From: a virus
IMG/VR virus record: IMGVR_UViG_3300049845_000008
Location: 9,811 to 73,810 of that record
Length of the DNA stretch: 64,000 nucleotides
Direction: 5' to 3' (one strand)
Shown: in pieces, positions 56,254-64,000 of the stretch
Layout of the letters: the number at the start of each line of letters is the position of its first letter
How positions within the stretch are numbered: position 1 is the first letter of the stretch
Translations under genes and position numbers: made by a program
The notes under the pieces: model-generated
Databases searched by the model: none
What the model was told of the DNA's origin: nothing
The model's input: the letters and a program-made list of their open reading frames with translations, nothing else

Positions 56254-57299
56254 TATGACGGACTCTTCAAGCCAGTGTTAGATGGAGAGGACGCAGAACC
56301 GGTCGGTATGATCTTGCCGATGCCATGCTTCGTCTTGACCTTGTTGGATACCTTGCCACCGAGTTTGACGGAGCTTCCCTGAACGGTTGTAGACTTGCCC
56401 TTGAGCGATAGTGACCCACCACCGCCCACCTTGACTGCGCCTTTGCCCTTTACGTCCACGGTGTTGCCTTCTGCCATGAACTTGCCACCTGCTTTGATGC
56501 GAACATCCTTGCCTGCGGAGATATTGACATTCTTGGACGCTTCGATGTTGAGGCTTCCGCCCGTCTTGAGATTGCAGTCGCCAGTGACCGTGATGTTGCA
56601 AACACCGTCGATGGACACGCTATCGTTGCCCACAACCACTGTAAACTTGTCCTTGATAATCTTCTCGACACGGTTGCCCTGCGCATCGAACTCAATGTAG
56701 CTTCCGTTCTTGTGTGCAAGATGCACGCGCTCCTTGCCTGTGGTGTCGTCCAGTTCCAGAACGTGACCCGACTCCGATTCAATCGCGAAGTTGAATGGAT
56801 ACTGCGGAGCAAAGGTGGGTTCTGGTTCGTTCCATGTGGAACCTCCCACTTTCTTCACACCCTTCTTAAGATTGCGCGAGCGTGTCTCATGAATCGTTCC
56901 ATCCTTGCGCCCACGCGAAAGACGGTTCATGGTGGACTCGTTTAGACGCTTTGGATAGACGCCTGCGGGATCCGAGAAGCCCAAGGCTGTGTCTGGCTTG
57001 AGTTTAGGCTTGCCGGTGAGAACGCCGAGAATGACCGGGTGTTGCGCGGAGTGTGCGTCCGCAAAGAAACCCACAACCCAATCACCCTCTTTCGGGGTGT
57101 AAGAGGCTGGCACAGAATTCGGATGCACAGGATGCGCCCAAGGCAATGCATCTGTGGGTATCAAACTCTTATCATCCGTGTGCCAGCCGAAGCAGCGAAC
57201 GCGAACGCGACCCAACTGTTCCGGATCGTTGCGGTCCTCGACCACACCCATCCACCAGATGAATCCTTCCCGTCCTAAAGAGTAGCGCATGTCGTTCAT
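56253..57299 (-). CDS. gp5: Baseplate hub/spike protein without lysozyme domain
   Basis: OB-fold WWMGVVEDRNDP..LGRVRVRC.G.H...LPWA; YPFN...ESESGH..E.DDT...ER; beta-helix repeats. Confidence 0.92.
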   Translation of the reverse strand: MNDMRYSLGREGFIWWMGVVEDRNDPEQLGRVRVRCFGWHTDDKSLIPTDALPWAHPVHPNSVPASYTPKEGDWVVGFFADAHSAQHPVILGVLTGKPKLKPDTALGFSDPAGVYPKRLNESTMNRLSRGRKDGTIHETRSRNLKKGVKKVGGSTWNEPEPTFAPQYPFNFAIESESGHVLELDDTTGKERVHLAHKNGSYIEFDAQGNRVEKIIKDKFTVVVGNDSVSIDGVCNITVTGDCNLKTGGSLNIEASKNVNISAGKDVRIKAGGKFMAEGNTVDVKGKGAVKVGGGGSLSLKGKSTTVQGSSVKLGGKVSNKVKTKHGIGKIIPTGSASSPSNTGLKSPS

Positions 57300-58561
57300 G
57301 AATTAAGCCTTGCGATTTTATCCGGCAGTGTCGATGAATACGCCGGTAGTCCTTCGGGCAGAGAATCTCTTGTCAATAGACAGAGGCTAGTAAACTTGTG
57401 ATTGACCAGATCGAACTTGTGGTTGACAGCGATAATCAGGTACTTGCCACCTTTCTTCTTGTCCCACATGTCGCCTTCAGCCGGTGTAATGGTGTAGGGT
57501 ACGCGAATGTTGACCAGAGTTCCTACGTTCAATCCCATGTTACCGGGAACCGTTATCTCGGTCAGCGAGTTGTTCAGAATGGACAATGCCATGATGCGAC
57601 GAATCCAGTTTTCAATGCCATCTGCATTTAGATAGGTCATCAGATGCATGGAGGATTGTGAGAACAGATTCTTCTGATTGCTCATGGGCGTATTGCCGTA
57701 TAGCTTGTTCAACTGATCCAGATTGTATTCGAACTTGGTTCTGGACTGAGCAATCGGATCGATGCCCAAGAGTCCCATTGCGTATCCGCCCGAACCACTG
57801 GTGGAGAGGATATCGAAGTCGCGGACAGCCTCATAGTCGTCAATGGCAAACTTGTCCATGTCCAGTTCTTTCTCACCGCGCTTGTTGTCAAGCACAAAGG
57901 GAACCTTGATCTTCGTGCCAGACTTGTAGATGCTCTGAAGACTTCTGAAGAAGAATCCTTCCAGATTTTCGTAGAAGAAATAGCACGATGACTTGTCAGT
58001 ATAGGCTCTTGAGGCTAGCCAGTTGAGTGCTTCGACCGGACGCCAGTATGGAATGATGACCGAGGTTTGCCCGGTGGTTTCGTCCACAAACGCTTTGTTG
58101 GGAGCGATGCCCAAGTCGTTCTGAATGATTTCTCTGACGATATCGGAGATTGTGGTGTTCTGATAAGCACGGCTGATCTTCTTAGTGTTGGAAAGGAAGA
58201 GTTCATCCGAAACGAAATAGATCATGTACTTCTGAGTCTGATCTTCTGGCTTGCGCTTTGCGATCTTGTAAATTCTAAAGGCTTTCTTAATGATGATATC
58301 CTGTTCAGGCACCGTGAAGTGCAGGTACATGTATTCGCCGCCATGCATACTGAGGCGTGCCATCATGTCGTTGCCGTCTGTGATCATCAACTCGCCCGAC
58401 ATGAATCCAAGGTACATGTCCTGCCTGACCTGAACCTCAGAAACCATGGCTCCCACTTCGGTCGTCGTCGCATCGGACGAAACGATAGAGACAGAGACAA
58501 GTCTAAAGTCTCTGGTATCTACGTGCTGATCTTGTGGAAGCTTACTTGTTTCAGTTGTCAT
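57296..58561 (-). CDS. Baseplate hub protein (gp27-like)
   Basis: SGELMITD, IIPYWRP..A.NWL, FFYENLEGFFFRSL, VPGN...NVG, GKYLI.AVNH; between gp53 and gp5. Confidence 0.7.
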   Translation of the reverse strand: MTTETSKLPQDQHVDTRDFRLVSVSIVSSDATTTEVGAMVSEVQVRQDMYLGFMSGELMITDGNDMMARLSMHGGEYMYLHFTVPEQDIIIKKAFRIYKIAKRKPEDQTQKYMIYFVSDELFLSNTKKISRAYQNTTISDIVREIIQNDLGIAPNKAFVDETTGQTSVIIPYWRPVEALNWLASRAYTDKSSCYFFYENLEGFFFRSLQSIYKSGTKIKVPFVLDNKRGEKELDMDKFAIDDYEAVRDFDILSTSGSGGYAMGLLGIDPIAQSRTKFEYNLDQLNKLYGNTPMSNQKNLFSQSSMHLMTYLNADGIENWIRRIMALSILNNSLTEITVPGNMGLNVGTLVNIRVPYTITPAEGDMWDKKKGGKYLIIAVNHKFDLVNHKFTSLCLLTRDSLPEGLPAYSSTLPDKIARLNS

Positions 58562-59240
58562 TACGCATCAATCTCCGCAATTCACTCTCCACGCTACCGA
58601 CATAGGCGGCATCAAGTAACCTGATAGCCCTGCGCTTTTCATTCTCCAACATTTCATAGGTGTAATTAGAGACTGCTGAGTAAGAGTATTCTGTGGTGAC
58701 GATCACACCGCCGCTGAAGTCTTCGCTGTCCGAAGGACCGATGACTGTGGTATCCGCAACACCGGGTAGGAATGGTCTGTTCTCGACCAGTCCAGTATTA
58801 GGATTCTGATACTGTGCGCTGATTATGTATGTCGATGTGTTGGTCGAAGACGGCATTCCGTTGAAGAAAACAGTTCGAACGATAATCTCTTCGTAGTGGT
58901 GAATAGCCAGTTGAGACTGTTCTACCGTCTGTCCATATCTCTTCTGTATGAGCGTGTGGACTTCTTCCGTCAACAGAGGGAAGTCATAGGAAGGATCCAT
59001 TAGCTGATTGAACAGAAGAACGATCCACCTTCTACGAGGATCACCGTACAACTTGTCGGCAATGACTTCGGCTGTCTCGTTGTCCTTGACCTGATAATCA
59101 TAGAATAGAGCGGTGTTCTCAGAAATCTCCCGAATGAACGCGGAGCGTGTGAGAATGTTGGTCATGCCAACGTACTGTCCTGACCCGATGTTATCCAAAT
59201 CAGGATAGACGAGAGTGGGCATATATGAGAAGTAATCCAT
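58551..59240 (-). CDS. gp53: Baseplate wedge subunit
   Basis: YFSYMP, E.IADKLYGD....WIVLL.N...DP..D.PL, ENEKRR.I.LL. Confidence 0.92.
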   Translation of the reverse strand: MDYFSYMPTLVYPDLDNIGSGQYVGMTNILTRSAFIREISENTALFYDYQVKDNETAEVIADKLYGDPRRRWIVLLFNQLMDPSYDFPLLTEEVHTLIQKRYGQTVEQSQLAIHHYEEIIVRTVFFNGMPSSTNTSTYIISAQYQNPNTGLVENRPFLPGVADTTVIGPSDSEDFSGGVIVTTEYSYSAVSNYTYEMLENEKRRAIRLLDAAYVGSVESELRRLMRNDN

Positions 59241-59241
59241 A

Positions 59242-60423
59242 TTAGTATCCCTGCTCGCGGAGCGTCTTGTGCATCATTTCCAGTTCTGCGAAGATCATGA
59301 CCATGCGAATCTGAATCGGTGAGCCGTCTGCGTGAGTTGCCCACTGTTCCAAGCCGCCCGTGTAGTCAATGTCAAAGCTCTTAAGGACGCACGTAGAAAT
59401 CTGAGGTAGCCACTCGGAGTCAGCCCCGTTGAACTTGAAAGTGATATCGAAGTAGGAAGGAGGCACGATGTAGCGTCCCTGTCCAGACACGTATGCAGGC
59501 GAAGCGTGATACTTGAACTTACGAACGATATCCCGAATCATAATCGCTTCCTTCTCGGAACGCGGAGTCATGGTGAAATCGAACTGGAACTCACGAAGAT
59601 CAGTACCCGAATAGAGCATTTCGAACTGAGGATTGAGAGCGTATCCAAGGGCTGTCAGACCGGCATCGCGAACCACACCCGAATCCATACCGAGTGCACC
59701 CGAAGCCTTTGCGACGGCTTCCATGCCTGCGGGACCGTTCATCATGTCTCCTGCCTTCGACCAGAAACCTTCTCCACCTTCTTTACCCCAACCATCGTAT
59801 TCCTTGATGATGGAAGATCCTACTTCCACGATAGCACCGGCTGCGCCGAGAGCTTGAGTCATGGATTGCTGATTGTAGGCATTGTTGATGCGGTCATTCC
59901 ATGTTCCCTGCGGCAGATACATGGTGATCAGGTCAGAGCGGGATGCGCGGCGAGTGAAGTCCATCATGCGGTCGTTGTACTTCTTGTTGCGCGTCACCTT
60001 CATGTCGTTCGCTTCCCACTCTTCCGGAGCGGGACCATACGGACCATCCTTTGCGACCGGAATGTTGGAGGGTGGGAAAAACCCGCCAGTAACATTAGAG
60101 ATTCCTCCGGTGACAGAATTGAGTACCTGTCCTGCGCCGCTCGCGATCTTCGTACCCCAATTTCCAAGCTTGTTGTCCAGTGGCTTGAGAACGTTGTCTT
60201 GCGTAGCCTGAACCACTCCCATATCGGTAATAGGAACCGACTCAGGAAGCCATGTCTGAAACTCGACCGTGTGTGGGTATCTCTGAGAGTTGCCAACGTC
60301 CAACGGATAGCGGTATACGCTTCTATCGTATCGGTTTTCCAGAGGGGCTAGTGGTCCGTAGGTTTTTTTGACGATATCGCCAATCTGCCCTGTGGTCTTA
60401 CGGATGTTGTCGATGAAGCTCAT
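59242..60423 (-). CDS. gp48: Baseplate tail-tube cap
   Basis: YRYPLD, NP..E.LY.G..LREFQFDF...PRSEKEA..IR.I...FK, CVL...IDY, DG.P. Confidence 0.85.
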   Translation of the reverse strand: MSFIDNIRKTTGQIGDIVKKTYGPLAPLENRYDRSVYRYPLDVGNSQRYPHTVEFQTWLPESVPITDMGVVQATQDNVLKPLDNKLGNWGTKIASGAGQVLNSVTGGISNVTGGFFPPSNIPVAKDGPYGPAPEEWEANDMKVTRNKKYNDRMMDFTRRASRSDLITMYLPQGTWNDRINNAYNQQSMTQALGAAGAIVEVGSSIIKEYDGWGKEGGEGFWSKAGDMMNGPAGMEAVAKASGALGMDSGVVRDAGLTALGYALNPQFEMLYSGTDLREFQFDFTMTPRSEKEAIMIRDIVRKFKYHASPAYVSGQGRYIVPPSYFDITFKFNGADSEWLPQISTCVLKSFDIDYTGGLEQWATHADGSPIQIRMVMIFAELEMMHKTLREQGY

Positions 60424-60447
60424 TTTTCGTTCCTGTGAGAATTGGTT

Positions 60448-60454
60448 TATTTAT
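60448..60454 (-). promoter_or_regulatory. Late promoter ATAAATA (gp48)
   Basis: At the upstream stop, followed by an AGGA RBS. Confidence 0.7.
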
Positions 60455-62850
60455 CAGGCATAGACCGGATGTACGGCATCACGGTTTGCGCTACGCACTA
60501 ACGCATCATCCCTACTCACAACGTCTGCCTTAGCCGCAGGACGCTTTCCTACCGTATTGTTGGTAGTGTTGTTGATGGTTGGTCCCACCACTAAGCCGCT
60601 GCCACCGCCCGAAGGTGCGTTAGCAGCCGTCAGTTCGCGATTACCCTTATCGATAGCCGTAGCTGACGAACTTGATGCAGGCGTGACTGACCCACCACCG
60701 CCCGAAGGGGCAGGGGTTGCAGATGCCATCATCGGTGCGCTCTGTGTTGGAGTTCCACCCAAAGCTGCGGTGTATTGGTCGGCGTACTTGCCCACCTTGT
60801 TGAACAGAGTATCCTGAACTTCGCTGATCGTCTTTGGTTGTCCGTTCTTGTAGAAGATATGAGGATTAGACTTGGCTGCCGCAGGCATGACGTTTGCAGC
60901 CACGGCGTTTGGATCCGATCCGAAGAGCTTGGCTGCACCACCAGCACCCAAGAAGTGTGCCGCGTAGATGGAGGTGCCGTTAATCGGCAGTCCCTTCTTT
61001 CTCAGGAAGTCTGAGTTTTCCTTGATGAAGAGTGCGCCTGCGATAGCCGATGCGAGAGGATCCAACGGTCCCTTGTGCAGTTCTGGATACTTGGAGCCGT
61101 ACTTGCGTACCATGTCGCTCCACGTAGAGTCGATGAACTGGTACAACCCCTTGGCTGACGAGAGCTTGCGTCCGGTCTTCTTGTCGATTGGAATCGCGTT
61201 TGGATTGAATGAACTTTCCTGCTTGGCGACAGCCATCATGATTCCGGGTTCGACACCGACTTTCTTCGAAGCAGCGAGAATGTATTCCTTCACCGAGTCA
61301 CCCGGCATCGGTAGATTGCCAGAAGGTTTGGTCGAGAGCGTTCCAGTCCCGCCCGTGGCAGGAACCGATGGTGTGGAAGGTGGTGATGGAGCGACGGGTG
61401 CTGTGGTAGATTCGGTGGATACCGCAGCGGAGCGTCGTCCGCGACTCGTTGGACCTGACGTAGTGCCAGTGTCCACTGCCGCTTCTGTCTCTAGTCCCAA
61501 CTTGCGTCGAACGTTTGGAGGTAGATCCTGCTCTAGAACCTTCTTACCCTGTGCATCGACATAGCCACCACCAGAATAAGATCCGTCTTCGTTGAGTTTC
61601 ATTTCCTGCTTTTTGTAGCCCGTGCCTTCCAACTGCCGATTGATTTCAGTGTAAGACTTGTTCTTCTTTGCAACAGCCGCTTCGTCGGATGCACGAATCT
61701 TGGCTTCATTGCCCTTGCCAAACCAACCCATTGCAGTCTGAATAGCATCGTTGATCTTCTGATCTAGCTTGAACTTATCGTTCAGCCATGTACCTAACTC
61801 ATAGCCGAGATAGCCTGCCATGCCAACCAATCCTGCTTTTCCGATCAGGGATGCGAATGGCATGAGGGCTGCAAGCCCGCCGAGAATAGCCAATGGGTTC
61901 TTGAAGAATCCCATGATCTTGTCCCACAGTCCACCGAACAAACCTGAAATCCAACCGAAGATGCCCTTGTCATCTTCTTTCTTCATGTTGGCTTCAAGCT
62001 TATCGAATCGCTTGTCGATATGCTTCTTTAGTGCTGCGACAGGATCTAGCCTCTCATATTCTTCCGATTGATCTTTGTATGAGAACTTGCTCTTGAGTTC
62101 GACTTTCTTCTTTTCTTCCTCTTGCATCTTCATGACCAACTTAGCCGTTTCCAAAGCCACACGGCGACCCGCGTTCTCCTTGTCCTTTGCAGAAAGCTTC
62201 TTATAGGTCAGCCCGGTGCCACCCCTACTGTCCTTGAAAACATCCTGATACTGATGCCCTTCGGGTGAGAGTGGATTGTACTGTACATCACGATTCTTGC
62301 CAGAGGTTCCCTTGATTCTAACCAGTTTCGGCATGATGAGAGACTTGATATCAGACACATCGCTCTGCGTCTGAGAAGTGATCTGAAAGATGAAATCCAA
62401 CTTACGGTTAATTCCCCTAAGCTCACCCTTGGTTGAGGCGGCGAGCGCGACTGCCTTACGGCTAGAGATACCCTTCTTCTTTTCGTCATCATCTTTAAAC
62501 TCATCCGGATACTTCTTTTTGAGTTTTTCTCGGAATGCCTTCTCCGCTTCCTTCGCTTCCTTTTCCTTCGCATTTCTCTTTCTTGCTATCTTAATCATGT
62601 CCTTTTCAGACATGAAAAACCGCTCATACCACTCTGCGGCTTTGCCCATTCCAGTAGCTCTCATCAATCCAGAGAGGGCGGTGGCTTCATCACCAAACAT
62701 GCCAGTCTTTTTCTGTTCCCACGCTTCCCGAACACCCGCCTTGATACGGCTCTTTCCCATCAATCCGGCACGCAGCATAGATCCACGAACGCCCTGCTGT
62801 GCGCTCATCATCTTCTGCATTTCGGAGAGTGTGTTTTTCTCTTTTCCCAT
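60454..62850 (-). CDS. Tape-measure-like protein with lytic transglycosylase (SLT) domain
   Basis: Helical/charged N-terminus, hydrophobic G/A-rich segment, then VAKQESSFNPNA...SSAKGLYQFIDSTW...YAAHFLG; probable start MGKEK at 62850. Confidence 0.75.
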   Translation of the reverse strand: MGKEKNTLSEMQKMMSAQQGVRGSMLRAGLMGKSRIKAGVREAWEQKKTGMFGDEATALSGLMRATGMGKAAEWYERFFMSEKDMIKIARKRNAKEKEAKEAEKAFREKLKKKYPDEFKDDDEKKKGISSRKAVALAASTKGELRGINRKLDFIFQITSQTQSDVSDIKSLIMPKLVRIKGTSGKNRDVQYNPLSPEGHQYQDVFKDSRGGTGLTYKKLSAKDKENAGRRVALETAKLVMKMQEEEKKKVELKSKFSYKDQSEEYERLDPVAALKKHIDKRFDKLEANMKKEDDKGIFGWISGLFGGLWDKIMGFFKNPLAILGGLAALMPFASLIGKAGLVGMAGYLGYELGTWLNDKFKLDQKINDAIQTAMGWFGKGNEAKIRASDEAAVAKKNKSYTEINRQLEGTGYKKQEMKLNEDGSYSGGGYVDAQGKKVLEQDLPPNVRRKLGLETEAAVDTGTTSGPTSRGRRSAAVSTESTTAPVAPSPPSTPSVPATGGTGTLSTKPSGNLPMPGDSVKEYILAASKKVGVEPGIMMAVAKQESSFNPNAIPIDKKTGRKLSSAKGLYQFIDSTWSDMVRKYGSKYPELHKGPLDPLASAIAGALFIKENSDFLRKKGLPINGTSIYAAHFLGAGGAAKLFGSDPNAVAANVMPAAAKSNPHIFYKNGQPKTISEVQDTLFNKVGKYADQYTAALGGTPTQSAPMMASATPAPSGGGGSVTPASSSSATAIDKGNRELTAANAPSGGGSGLVVGPTINNTTNNTVGKRPAAKADVVSRDDALVRSANRDAVHPVYA

Positions 62851-62870
62851 GGGTTGAAATCTCTTTTGTG

Positions 62871-62877
62871 CTAAATA
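62871..62877 (+). promoter_or_regulatory. Late promoter CTAAATA for the homing endonuclease
   Basis: 60 nt upstream of the ATG at 62938; followed by a hairpin and GGAG RBS. Confidence 0.65.
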
Positions 62878-62937
62878 AGGCGTAGGTCGCGGAACGCCAA
62901 TTCCCACCTACTCTAGAAACTGAATGGAGTTACCAGC

Positions 62938-63555
62938 ATGTCTATTTATCCCGAATTCAAACCTACCTACCTGTATATCAAGCAACATTCGATTACAGGA
63001 CTCAAGTATCTAGGCAAGACCACCAAAACCGATCCGGATGCTTATCTTGGATCTGGCACCTATTGGCGACGGCATATCAAGGCTCATGGAGTCGAACATG
63101 TTGTCACTCTCTGGAAGCAGCTATTTACAGACCGAGAAGAACTCATTCAGGAAGCCTTGCGGCTCTCCGAAGAGCATGATGTTGCCAACAGTGAGGGGTG
63201 GGCTAATCTACAGGAAGAAAATGGTCTGGATGGTGTCACCATCGGCACAAAGCTTTCCAAGGAACATAGGGATAAGTTGGCGGCTGCGCACCGTGGAAAG
63301 AAGTTCACGGAGGAACATAAGACTAATATGAGCCGTGTTCGCATGGGAAAGACTGCCTCTCCGGAGACTAAACAGAAGATTAGTGCTAGACTACGAATCA
63401 ACAACCCATCCCACAATCCGGAAATCAGAGCAAAAATTGCAGCATCGTTACGTGGTAAGCCTAGACCAGACTTGGCTGAACGGAATCGGATTCGGTGGGA
63501 GAATTGGCGACTTCTTCGATCACAAAAAGACCAGACTGAGAATACCTCTGCTTAA
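62938..63555 (+). mobile_element. Free-standing Seg-like GIY-YIG homing endonuclease with NUMOD3-like DNA-binding repeats
   Basis: YLYIKQHSITGLKYLGKT, YLGSG.YW, WANLQEENG, then SKEHRDKL/TEEHKTNMS/SPETKQKIS repeats; the only convincing plus-strand gene. Confidence 0.85.
62943..62949 (-). promoter_or_regulatory. Late promoter ATAAATA within the first HEG codons, pointing at the tape-measure gene
   Basis: ATG TCT ATT TAT reads GATAAATAG on the minus strand. Confidence 0.5.
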
Positions 63556-63679
63556 ATCCCTCAACCGTATTGGGAATATCCATATGAGGCATCCAGAAAT
63601 TATCATGGGTGCGAACATGCCCCATAATATGTTCCATGTGAAACATTTGTCCACATAACAGACAGCGATACTGGTTCAT
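63461..63679 (-). CDS. Small C2H2 zinc-finger-like protein
   Basis: YRCLLCGQMF....I..HVRTH; ATGA overlap with the upstream gene; 3' end overlaps the HEG. Confidence 0.5.
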   Translation of the reverse strand: MNQYRCLLCGQMFHMEHIMGHVRTHDNFWMPHMDIPNTVEGFKQRYSQSGLFVIEEVANSPTESDSVQPSLV

Positions 63680-63879
63680 CTGCGTTTCGTCTGCCTTTCA
63701 AGTTTAATGCGTTCCTGCTCTTCTTTGAGATACTGTGTCGTCAGCGCAACAAAAACTTGACGTTCCCAACACAACATGTTCTCTAGATCTAGATACGAAT
63801 ACTTGTGATGATGCATCAATGCCCAATTCGTTCTAATAAAGTTCTCTAGAGTATCCCAAGAGCAGGTTAGATAAAAAAA
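63676..63879 (-). CDS. gp51-like baseplate hub assembly segment, probably expressed by -1 frameshift from the upstream gene
   Basis: FFYLTCSWDTLENFIRTNWALMHHHKYSYLDLENMLCWERQVFVALTTQYLKEEQER; no start codon before the conserved LENF..TNWALM part. Confidence 0.7.
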   Translation of the reverse strand, partial: FFYLTCSWDTLENFIRTNWALMHHHKYSYLDLENMLCWERQVFVALTTQYLKEEQERIKLERQTKRR

Positions 63880-64000
63880 TCTAGTAGGTTCTCCGCGTGT
63901 AGTTCGTGTTCAAAACCACACTTCTTACACATAACTCTATCCTCAAGGACAACCTTGGGTGAGGTAGCGAAGAAATGCCCCATCTTTTCGATTGACTCAG
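63867..64000 (-). CDS. gp26-like baseplate hub/assembly protein, C-terminal end (partial)
   Basis: ...HFFATSPKVVLEDRVMCKKCGFEHELHAENLLDFFI* (FF...P...CxxCG...L.DFF pattern). Confidence 0.7.
   Translation of the reverse strand, partial: ESIEKMGHFFATSPKVVLEDRVMCKKCGFEHELHAENLLDFFI

Noticed and set aside
59506-60351. 281-aa plus-strand ORF
   Set aside because: Antisense shadow of gp48
62851-62907. N-terminal extension of the tape-measure ORF given by the track
   Set aside because: The GTG lies inside the HEG leader hairpin; the ATG at 62850 is more plausible
62851-63560. Group I intron around the homing endonuclease
   Set aside because: The HEG is antisense to the flanking genes, fills nearly all the space, and no intron core or split exons were recognisable

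Overview
This window is part of a large T4-like myovirus genome, with gene order resembling cyanophages and uncultured T4-like phages. Almost all genes lie on the minus strand. In transcription order (right to left) it holds: the end of a gp26-like hub/chaperone gene with a probable -1 frameshift extension; an oppositely oriented Seg-like GIY-YIG homing endonuclease; a tape-measure-like protein with a lytic transglycosylase domain; baseplate genes (gp48, gp53, gp27-like hub, lysozyme-less gp5, gp25, gp6, gp7, gp8); a split DUF4815-type giant virion protein; a ~21 kb fibre/accessory block; the neck, terminase, tail and head cluster (gp13-gp23, gp3); and uvsY, uvsW, gp55, gp47 and gp46. The accessory block has four Pro-poor (G-X-Q-G-X-T)n collagen-like fibres, a carbohydrate-binding-repeat protein, a Hint-domain fusion, a HEXXH peptidase and three paralogous PAPS-dependent sulfotransferase-like genes. 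(A/C)TAAATA late promoters precede most structural units. The best candidate for an undescribed system is post-translational decoration of the virion. The three sulfotransferases are translationally coupled inside the fibre operon, and an Ala-Asn motif is strongly enriched in outward-facing virion proteins (capsid loop, sheath, neck, wedges, fibres) while absent from tube, hub, spike, scaffold and protease. No glycosyltransferase is visible in this window, so this remains inference. No tRNA, rRNA or CRISPR array was seen. All family calls come from motif recognition and synteny, not database searches, and all counts were made by hand.
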